From: Candidatus Saccharimonas sp.
GTDB taxonomy: Bacteria > Patescibacteriota > Saccharimonadia > Saccharimonadales > Saccharimonadaceae
Direction: 5' to 3'
Length of the DNA: 64,000 bases
Assembly: GCA_032229905.1 (NCBI GenBank)
Contig: JAVTWQ010000015.1
Span: 77,112 to 141,111 of the forward strand
Shown: positions 9,078 to 15,653 of the stretch, piece by piece
How positions within the stretch are numbered: position 1 is the stretch's first letter
Layout: the number at the start of each line of letters is the position of its first letter
Notes under the pieces: generated by a model
Seen by the model: the letters and a program-made list of their open reading frames with translations, nothing else
The model's database searches: none
What the model was told of the DNA's origin: nothing
Program-made: the position numbers and the translations under genes

Positions 9078-9118
9078 ATTGTATCAGTTCTGGGACATAG
9101 TAGCAATACTTTGGGACA
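9078..9118 (-). promoter_or_regulatory. promoter of the AAA+/S8 operon with two TGTCCCA direct repeats
   Basis: On the minus strand: TTGCTA (9106-9101), a 17-nt spacer, TACAAT (9083-9078), then 7 nt to the ATG at 9070. The heptamer TGGGACA (plus strand) occurs at 9091-9097 in the spacer and at 9112-9118 upstream of the -35, 21 bp apart. Confidence 0.5.
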
Positions 9119-9247
9119 AAAATGCCTTGTGGAAAAATATAAGCGGTGCTACTCTAGGTGTAGAAACGACGAGCCAATAGGCTCTGGATACAAAAAGCCA
9201 AATAAAACTCTGAGGGTCAAAATGAGTTAGAAAGGGGAACTTAAGGT

Positions 9248-9391
9248 ATGGCAGCAAGTCGCAAAACAAGCGCTCGCGTGGCAAAAGTAGCATCAAAAGT
9301 GCTTAGCTCACCGGGTAGCAGCAAGTCAGTCCGCAAAGTAGCTGCATCGGCACTATCGCAGCGGGCGCCGCAAAAACGCGGCAAAAAGTAA
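9248..9391 (+). CDS. small basic protein (47 aa), not in the ORF track
   Basis: My translation is MAASRKTSARVAKVASKVLSSPGSSKSVRKVAASALSQRAPQKRGKK. It is followed by a perfect 9-bp hairpin at 9440-9463. It is divergent from the AAA+/S8 operon. Confidence 0.35.
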   Translation: MAASRKTSARVAKVASKVLSSPGSSKSVRKVAASALSQRAPQKRGKK

Positions 9392-9439
9392 AATCGCCAG
9401 ATTTGCATTCGTTTAGGAGCGAGCAAACTGACGATCGTT

Positions 9440-9463
9440 GGGGTGATAATCAAATATCACCCC
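9440..9463 (+). terminator. stem-loop after the 47-aa ORF
   Basis: GGGGTGATA (9440-9448), a 6-nt loop, then TATCACCCC (9455-9463). No clear T-tract. Confidence 0.4.
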
Positions 9464-9496
9464 TCCAATATATCATATAAACCATTGGAGGATAAA

Positions 9497-9712
9497 ATGG
9501 CCTATTTCTATATTAACCGCAACGCTCAAGATGATGGATATCACGAAGTTCATGACGATAGCGCGAACTGTTCACACCCACCGCTACCCGAGAACCGTGT
9601 ACGCATAGGTTACTACAACACTTGTAGCCAGGCAATTGCCGCAGCACGAGCGGCTAACCCGACCTTGTCTATCGACGGCTGTTACTATTGCACCGATTGC
9701 CACACTCGCTAG
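9497..9712 (+). CDS. small Cys-rich protein (71 aa) of a widespread uncharacterised family
   Basis: MAYFYINRNAQDDGYHEVHDDSANCSH...DGCYYCTDCHTR. The start is chosen at 9497 because GGAGG lies 5 nt upstream. The C-terminal CxxCxxC-H cluster suggests metal binding. Confidence 0.55.
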   Translation: MAYFYINRNAQDDGYHEVHDDSANCSHPPLPENRVRIGYYNTCSQAIAAARAANPTLSIDGCYYCTDCHTR

Positions 9713-9725
9713 TCCTGGTTCGGGA

Positions 9726-9757
9726 GGAGTAGGATCTTCAAGTCGAGCTCCTACTCC
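9726..9757. terminator. hairpin between convergent genes
   Basis: GGAGTAGGA (9726-9734) pairs with TCCTACTCC (9749-9757). The T-tract is weak. Confidence 0.45.
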
Positions 9758-9778
9758 TTACCGCACCATGGGTCGTGC

Positions 9779-10402
9779 TTAACGGCCAGCAAGGCTTGGA
9801 TTAATCACGTAACCTGCTGCGGTTAGTATCTTTTTATTTTGAAATTTATGCTTGGATTTAACGAAATTTGCAAACAATGGATGGGTGGTCATCATATACT
9901 TTACGTAGCTACCGTCCGAGTGCTGCGCCCTATCATCCGGGCCAGCAGCTAGACGACTGCCTCTGGCTTTGCCTGTAGTCATAAATTCCGTTGCTTCTGC
10001 CTCAGTCAACTTTGAGTTTTCAGAAGCACGCATGTACGTACCTTTTATCTGAGATTTGTAACAAGCGGCTACTGCATATATAAACGCATTCTGGAACAAA
10101 GCAAGGTACTCAGCTTTGCGATCGCTTTCATTAAAATCTTTGAGCATAAATCCTTGTACAAATTCTTCGGGGTCGTGTTTAACGAGAATACCGAGTGAAT
10201 ATATTGTCCTGAGTGTTTCGCGCTCTTTGACACCCATTTGAAGTACGAGTGCTCCCATTACATCTACAAAGCTAAAAAATGAGTTCTGAAATACTTGCTG
10301 GAAGTGCTTACTGTGTTGTACATCTTCTAGGATGCTACCTGTAAGGCTGTACTTATTACCAATGTGCATTTTATTAAGTGTCGGTCGAGTCTTCATATCC
10401 AT
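9779..10402 (-). CDS. hypothetical protein (207 aa), first gene leftward of the switch region
   Basis: Long ORF with GGAGA 9 nt upstream of the ATG. No motif I can assign. Confidence 0.55.
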   Translation of the reverse strand: MDMKTRPTLNKMHIGNKYSLTGSILEDVQHSKHFQQVFQNSFFSFVDVMGALVLQMGVKERETLRTIYSLGILVKHDPEEFVQGFMLKDFNESDRKAEYLALFQNAFIYAVAACYKSQIKGTYMRASENSKLTEAEATEFMTTGKARGSRLAAGPDDRAQHSDGSYVKYMMTTHPLFANFVKSKHKFQNKKILTAAGYVINPSLAGR

Positions 10403-10445
10403 TTTCGTTATCTCCTAATTAGTAAGGATGCCGAAAATAAAAAAC

Positions 10446-10461
10446 GACACCGCAAGGTGTC
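10446..10461. promoter_or_regulatory. operator-like palindrome O1
   Basis: GACAC-cgcaag-GTGTC, extending to GTGTCTAG. It shares the GACAC/GTGTC half-sites with 10608-10630. Confidence 0.45.
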
Positions 10462-10607
10462 TAGCCATTCACAAGTCAGTGTTAACCAAAATGCTTATGC
10501 GGTGCCGATTTTAACGGTTAACCGCAAAGAACATTTGCGTTCTGACTTAAATAATAGCTAGACTATTTGATTATATCATCGGTATGTCTTTTAGTTAGGT
10601 TGAACTT

Positions 10608-10630
10608 TGTAGACACTTACGGTGTCTACA
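10608..10630. promoter_or_regulatory. operator-like perfect palindrome O2
   Basis: TGTAGACAC (10608-10616), ttacg, then GTGTCTACA (10622-10630): perfect 9-bp arms. Confidence 0.55.
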
Positions 10631-10718
10631 ACTTGTTGTAGCAATATCAACATATATATTACCCCTAAAACAGAGGTGAGCTAATGTCTACAAAACGTGT
10701 AATTAACAGATGTGAGCT

Positions 10719-10738
10719 TGTAGACACTTACGTGTCAC
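10719..10738. promoter_or_regulatory. operator-like site O3 (one full half-site and one partial)
   Basis: TGTAGACAC (10719-10727), ttac, then GTGTCAC. An additional half-site, aTGTCTACA, lies at 10684-10692. Confidence 0.45.
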
Positions 10739-10820
10739 CTATTCGAAAAATAAATTCACGAACGCTAAAACACTCTTATGTTTTGGCTTTTGTTAGCAAT
10801 ATTAGATAATTAGTCTAATT

Positions 10821-11579
10821 ATGAAAATGAATATGATCGCTGGATTGCCACCTACAAAATTGATTAATAAATTTGTGTCTAAGCAAGCCCTCGATACTTA
10901 CTTCAAAGCTCCATCCATCGAAAAACTAATAATGGACTTACGAAAGCTAAGGAGAAGCGGCTACTTAGATTTTAACGTAAGGGTTAGCGCTGAGTATTTT
11001 GAATGGCAGCGTGATCGCATTGACCTAAAAATACGTGCAGATGTTCTACGCCACCCTGATCCGTTCGGCATAGCCTACAATGACGAATATGGATTAAGTG
11101 CACTACGCGATGATACAGACCAAGGTAAGCCACTCAGCGAGCAAGAGATCATAAAAGTGATATCTACCCTACCGAGTGATGTCGCGGAGAAATATCTTGA
11201 AATACAGATTTGTAATTTAGATCGCGACGAAATGAAAAAATTAATACCAAAAGCAAAACAAAAAAAGCGACATGAAGATATTGAGTATAAAGGACTTAAG
11301 ATCAGTAATGCTCGTGTTACATACCTCGACCAGCAGATCGACATGCAATTCAGAGAGATAGAAGCACTACGTATTTTTATGCAAAAGTACGAATCACTGG
11401 TGCCAGCGAACGATTTTATATCTAATCCTGATATATTTAGCCCAAAAAAAGAATATCCTTACCCTCATAAGACATGCAGTAAACTGGTGCACGATATCAG
11501 TAAAAAGCTGTCAGCATCAGTGGGTCAGAAGTGTATTTATAATCAACCCCTAGATGGTTGGAGGTTGAAGATCGCCTAG
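10821..11579 (+). CDS. hypothetical protein (252 aa), first gene rightward of the switch region
   Basis: Long ORF ending in TAG followed by TAA, with a strong terminator after it. No recognisable motif. Confidence 0.55.
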   Translation: MKMNMIAGLPPTKLINKFVSKQALDTYFKAPSIEKLIMDLRKLRRSGYLDFNVRVSAEYFEWQRDRIDLKIRADVLRHPDPFGIAYNDEYGLSALRDDTDQGKPLSEQEIIKVISTLPSDVAEKYLEIQICNLDRDEMKKLIPKAKQKKRHEDIEYKGLKISNARVTYLDQQIDMQFREIEALRIFMQKYESLVPANDFISNPDIFSPKKEYPYPHKTCSKLVHDISKKLSASVGQKCIYNQPLDGWRLKIA

Positions 11580-11603
11580 TAATTTGCAACTGAAAACTGA
11601 ATG

Positions 11604-11635
11604 AACGCCTCTTCGTATTCTGAAGAGGCGTTTTA
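11604..11635 (+). terminator. rho-independent terminator
   Basis: AACGCCTCTTC, a 7-nt loop, GAAGAGGCGTT, then TTTT. Confidence 0.8.
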
Positions 11636-11653
11636 AATATTTGGAGGATGTAA

Positions 11654-11845
11654 ATGAATGAAAAACAGACGTTAAAGATAAGGGATCTTGGATTGGCCGC
11701 TGCTTTAGTCAGTCTTGGACACGACATGTGTGCCACAGATCGTGATACGAATGGTCGTTCTTATTTCATATTCTTACAAACAGAAATGCTTGAGCGCGAC
11801 GTAAATGGCTACTGGGCTGACACACTCGATGTAAAAGCACGGTAG
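11654..11845 (+). CDS. DUF5659-like small protein, ending at an in-frame TAG that may truncate the domain
   Basis: MNEKQTLKIRDLGLAAALVSLGHDMCATDRDTNGRSYFIFLQTE..ERDVNGYWAD resembles DUF5659 as I remember it. GGAGG lies 7 nt upstream. The same frame continues after the TAG as YFDDIKMLKSRIYGER to a second TAG at 11894-11896. Confidence 0.55.
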   Translation: MNEKQTLKIRDLGLAAALVSLGHDMCATDRDTNGRSYFIFLQTEMLERDVNGYWADTLDVKAR

Positions 11846-11898
11846 TACTTTGACGATATCAAAATGCTGAAGTCGCGGATTTACGGCGAGCGTTAGTC

Positions 11899-12060
11899 AT
11901 GAGGCTCAGCGTAGCTTTAGTAGCAGAGTTTCAAGAACTGCACTTCAAAAAGTTCGGCGAGGTGATCTCGTCTGAGGTCGCTGAGCTAGAGCTACTAAGT
12001 CTTGCTGAGCTAATACGAATTACCCAACCTATGAAAACTAAGGAGATCGAAGATGAATAA
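11899..12060 (+). CDS. small helical protein (53 aa), paralogue of 5460..5651, not in the ORF track
   Basis: My translation is MRLSVALVAEFQELHFKKFGEVISSEVAELELLSLAELIRITQPMKTKEIEDE. Its stop overlaps the next gene's start (ATGAATAA). Confidence 0.45.
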   Translation: MRLSVALVAEFQELHFKKFGEVISSEVAELELLSLAELIRITQPMKTKEIEDE

Positions 12061-13651
12061 AGAAATGGAAGCTACTAAAAATACGCCCAAAAATAACAAA
12101 GATAAATCAATCAAGAATAAAGACAGTGATAACTCGACGCCAAAGCCAGCAGATGGCCACATTCCTCACACTCAAGCACTCATTAAAGCTATTGAAGCCA
12201 GTGATGCCGTGCTGTTTCACGACCAGTACCACGACACATACATTGCTTACGACGGCAATGGCAGTAACGTCAGTAAGATCAATTCAAAGATCAGTAAACT
12301 TTGGCTGACAGGCTATGGCTACTCAAGTCTAAATAGTGTTCTTACACCCGATACAATTAATCGCGTATTACAGACACTGTCTGCCAATGCGCATTTTCAA
12401 GGCAAACAATATCCTTTAGGTGTTCGCAGTGTTCATAACAGTGAAGGATTATGGTACGACCTCGGAGCAAGTGCAGTACATATAACTGAAAGCGGGTGGA
12501 TGATTACGGACAGACCACCTATTGTCTTTAAGCGGTTCCCTCACCAGAAAGCTCAGGTTACGCCTGTGCGTGGTGGCGATCTGCGGTTACTGCTCAAGTA
12601 CATCAACATCACCAATGAAGCTGAACAGTTATTGTTTCTTGTTTATGTGGTGGCAGCATTCATTCCTGACTATCCTCACCCATTGCTGATACTGCATGGA
12701 GCGCAAGGAGCTGGTAAAACGACACCCATGCGTGTAATGAAGGAGTTGATTGACCCTTCAGAACTAGGTGGTTCATCAGCACCGAAAAATATTGAAGTTT
12801 TTGTACAAACAATTAGTCACCACTCTTTTATGTTTTACGATAACTTATCAAAAATGCATGAATGGTTCTCTGATGCACTAGCTAGGGCTGCGACCGGTGA
12901 TAGCTTTAGCAAGCGTGAACTGTACACCGATGACGACGACGTTATTTATAGATTTCAGAAGACGATTGCGTTGAATGGCATTAATCAAGTTGTTTACAAA
13001 TCGGACTTACTTGACCGCTCAATCTTACTGAACCTTGAGCGTATTAGTCCTGAGAAACGCAAAGAGGCGCAAGTTTTTTGGACTGAATTTGAACTTGACC
13101 GACCACTAATACTTGGTGCTATTTTTGACGTGCTAGTTGAAGCCCTCGCGCTTTACCCGAAAACTAAGCTAGGAAAGTTGCCTCGCATGGCTGACTTTGC
13201 CCGCTGGGGTTACGTTATCGCAGAATCATCGGGATTCAGTGGCGAAGCATTCATAAAAGCGTATTCCAATAATATTGCCGTGCAACATGATGAAGCAATC
13301 GAAGCCAACCCTGTAGCGCAAACTATCATGGAGTTTATGCGTGACTGCAATGAATGGGAAGGTACACCAGCTCAGCTATACAGTTTACTAACTCCTATAG
13401 CGTACAGACTCCAGATTGGCCAGAGTCGAGGCTGGCCAAAAGATGCCGCTCGTCTTGGCAGAGCGCTTACACCTATAGCACCTAATCTAAATGCCAAAGG
13501 TGTTGATTTAGAGCGTTCACGCAGTAAAGACCGGCTGATCACTATAAGCAAATCTACTGTCATTACCGACGATGCTGACGTATCAGAGAGCAAACTAACT
13601 GATGGTGATGACGGTACGACGGTAACGTCAGTACAAGGAGAGCTGTTATGA
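12053..13651 (+). CDS. P-loop ATPase of the mobile-element replication type (D5/primase-associated helicase-like), function tentative
   Basis: Walker A LHGAQGAGKTT in the middle of a 532-aa protein. AAGGAG RBS. Its position just upstream of the recombinase is typical of island replication or initiation proteins. Confidence 0.45.
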   Translation: MNKEMEATKNTPKNNKDKSIKNKDSDNSTPKPADGHIPHTQALIKAIEASDAVLFHDQYHDTYIAYDGNGSNVSKINSKISKLWLTGYGYSSLNSVLTPDTINRVLQTLSANAHFQGKQYPLGVRSVHNSEGLWYDLGASAVHITESGWMITDRPPIVFKRFPHQKAQVTPVRGGDLRLLLKYINITNEAEQLLFLVYVVAAFIPDYPHPLLILHGAQGAGKTTPMRVMKELIDPSELGGSSAPKNIEVFVQTISHHSFMFYDNLSKMHEWFSDALARAATGDSFSKRELYTDDDDVIYRFQKTIALNGINQVVYKSDLLDRSILLNLERISPEKRKEAQVFWTEFELDRPLILGAIFDVLVEALALYPKTKLGKLPRMADFARWGYVIAESSGFSGEAFIKAYSNNIAVQHDEAIEANPVAQTIMEFMRDCNEWEGTPAQLYSLLTPIAYRLQIGQSRGWPKDAARLGRALTPIAPNLNAKGVDLERSRSKDRLITISKSTVITDDADVSESKLTDGDDGTTVTSVQGELL

Positions 13652-13690
13652 CTATGGATTGTCATCAAAAACATAAAGAGCTATAATGCG

Positions 13691-13797
13691 ATTGTTGACA
13701 CAATCCATAAAACACGCGCAGAGTGTTTTTATTTCCCGACCCAAAATGGGCGGCCGGTATCAGGAAATGGCTTTGCGCTATGGACTGTGTCAACAAC
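13691..13797. repeat. 19-bp inverted repeat pair upstream of the recombinase gene
   Basis: ATTGTTGACACAATCCATA (13691-13709) is the reverse complement, at 17 of 19 positions, of TATGGACTGTGTCAACAAC (13779-13797). A third partial copy, TATGGATTGT, lies at 13653-13662. Confidence 0.6.
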
Positions 13798-13825
13798 CGG
13801 CCGTCCTTTTTGATGGAGATAAAAT

Positions 13826-15517
13826 ATGAATAAACGTGAACTAAAATATCTACGCTATAGGCTTTACGCTCGCAAGTCTACTGATACAGAAGATAAGCAA
13901 GTGCAGTCGCTTGATGACCAAATTAAGTACATGACAGAAGTTGCGCAACGCGAGGGCTTGCATATTGTTGGCGAGCCAATTCGTGAGAGTCAGTCAGCTA
14001 AGCGGCCTGATGTTCGACCTAAGTTTAGAGCTTTACTAGAAGAAATTGAAGACGGAAATATTGACGGTATTATTTGTTGGAAATTAGACCGTTTATCACG
14101 TAACCCTGCCGATAGTGGCCGGATCCAACAACTGCTACAGGACGGCAAACTGCAACACATTCAAACTACCGAGAAAAGCTATTTTCCAGAAGATAACGCT
14201 ATCGTGTTTAGCGTTGAGGCCGGAATGTCTAACCAGTATATTCGTGAGTTAGCGACTAACACAAAACGCGGTATGCGATCTAAGGCAGAAAAAGGTGATA
14301 AACCTGGCGTACCACCTCCAGGCTATCTGAATGATAGGCTTAATAAAGTAATCGTCACTGACCCCGAAAACTTTACCCTGATACGTGTTCTGTGGGACAA
14401 AATGCTTACTGGTACTTATTCAATGGCGAAGCTTGCAGAAATTGCAGACAAAGAACTCAATATTCGCACACCAGTACGCGGCAAGACTGGTGGTAAACCT
14501 ATCGCTTACTCCAGCCTTTGTGTATTGTTCAAAAACCCGTTCTACACGGGTAAGCTGCTCTTTAACGGCGCAATATATGACGGCAATCATCCAGCCATGA
14601 TCACTGAAGAGGAGTTTGAACGAGTCCAACAAATCATTGACCCAGTTCATACAACTCGACCAAAGGACAGAACATATGACTTCCAACTACGTAACCTCTT
14701 TAAGTGTGGTGAATGTAATTTTGCCATAACCGCAGAGAGAAAGTATAAGAATATAAAATCTACTGGTGAACGTAAGGAATATATTTACTATCACTGCACT
14801 GGCAAGAATAAGCAGACTAAATGCAATCAGCCCCATCTACATGTTGCAGAAGACGAACTAATCAGACAGATCAAAGAAAAATTATCCAAATATACTATTG
14901 ACCCTGCTTTCTATCAACTTGCTATCAAAGCTCTTGCGGAAGAAGAAGATGAAGTTGTTGCGAAAGATCATGCAAAGACCAGTAGCAGAGACAATGCTAT
15001 CGAGAAAGCCAATCAAGCTATCGCTAACTTGCGCCGCATGCGTTATAACGGTGAGGCCGATGACGATGCTTGGTACTTTGCTGAGATGACTAGCCTAGAG
15101 AAGAACTTAGAAGCACTACAGAAAGACCGCAATAAGGCGGAATACAAAGCTCGCAACTGGCGTGAGGTAGCAGACGAGGTATTTAGCTTTGCTCGATACG
15201 CCAAAGAAGACTTTGACGGTGACGATTTAGAGAAGAAGCGTACTGTTATCATCAAGCTTGGAGAGAAGCTGTCAATTTTGGATAGAACCATACAGTTCAC
15301 CCCTAATAAATACTTCATTCCTATCGAAAAAATGAATGATGCGCTGAATAATGCTCAAAACATGGTTAGAACCGAAAATAGCACTGAAAATATAGCCCTA
15401 AAAAGCAAAAAGACCCCTGTTGGGTCTCTTGCTGTACCTAATGAGTCGACATCCCTCTTGGATGCAAATACATCTTGGCTCCGGCAGCTGGGCTCGAACC
15501 AGCGACCTAATCGTTAA
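13826..15517 (+). CDS. large serine recombinase (integrase)
   Basis: Resolvase-type N-terminus YARKSTDTEDKQVQSLDDQ and KLDRLSRN, a recombinase domain, a zinc ribbon (CGECNF...YYHCTGKNKQTKC) and a long coiled-coil tail. GGAG RBS. The last 42 nt overlap tRNA-Asn in antisense. Confidence 0.85.
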   Translation: MNKRELKYLRYRLYARKSTDTEDKQVQSLDDQIKYMTEVAQREGLHIVGEPIRESQSAKRPDVRPKFRALLEEIEDGNIDGIICWKLDRLSRNPADSGRIQQLLQDGKLQHIQTTEKSYFPEDNAIVFSVEAGMSNQYIRELATNTKRGMRSKAEKGDKPGVPPPGYLNDRLNKVIVTDPENFTLIRVLWDKMLTGTYSMAKLAEIADKELNIRTPVRGKTGGKPIAYSSLCVLFKNPFYTGKLLFNGAIYDGNHPAMITEEEFERVQQIIDPVHTTRPKDRTYDFQLRNLFKCGECNFAITAERKYKNIKSTGERKEYIYYHCTGKNKQTKCNQPHLHVAEDELIRQIKEKLSKYTIDPAFYQLAIKALAEEEDEVVAKDHAKTSSRDNAIEKANQAIANLRRMRYNGEADDDAWYFAEMTSLEKNLEALQKDRNKAEYKARNWREVADEVFSFARYAKEDFDGDDLEKKRTVIIKLGEKLSILDRTIQFTPNKYFIPIEKMNDALNNAQNMVRTENSTENIALKSKKTPVGSLAVPNESTSLLDANTSWLRQLGSNQRPNR

Positions 15518-15550
15518 CAGCGATCCGCTCTACCACTGAGCTATGCCGGA
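15476..15550 (-). tRNA. tRNA-Asn (anticodon GTT) with encoded CCA
   Basis: Folded by hand. Acceptor TCCGGCA/TGCCGGA; D-arm GCTC-AGTGGTA-GAGC; anticodon arm GATCG-CTGTTAA-CGATT (one G-U pair); variable loop AGGTC; T-arm GCTGG-TTCGAGC-CCAGC; discriminator G; CCA. Confidence 0.9.
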
Positions 15551-15653
15551 ATAATGTGCCCCCAACTGGTGTTGGTACAAATGGTAGTTTATCGCAATTT
15601 TAATCTGTTGTAAAGACTCATGCGCCGGGCTTAGGCCACAAATAACCCTGCAC

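Larger units (their letters stand above)
5399..15475. mobile_element. integrative element (about 10 kb, prophage-remnant or genomic-island type) inserted beside tRNA-Asn
   Basis: A large serine recombinase abuts the tRNA. There is a replication-type P-loop ATPase, DUF5659-like and other small ORFs, and an operator-rich divergent control region. The segment is AT-rich by eye compared with the 15.6-30 kb flank. A short copy of the tRNA 3-prime end lies at the far end (5390-5399). Confidence 0.6.

Noticed and set aside
11843-11845. Stop-codon reassignment (TAG as sense) in the mobile element
   Set aside because: TAG is used as an apparently genuine terminator by the AAA+ gene (followed directly by the next ATG), the 9497 gene and the 10821 gene (TAG then TAA) in the same element. 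A nonsense mutation or local read-through is therefore more parsimonious.
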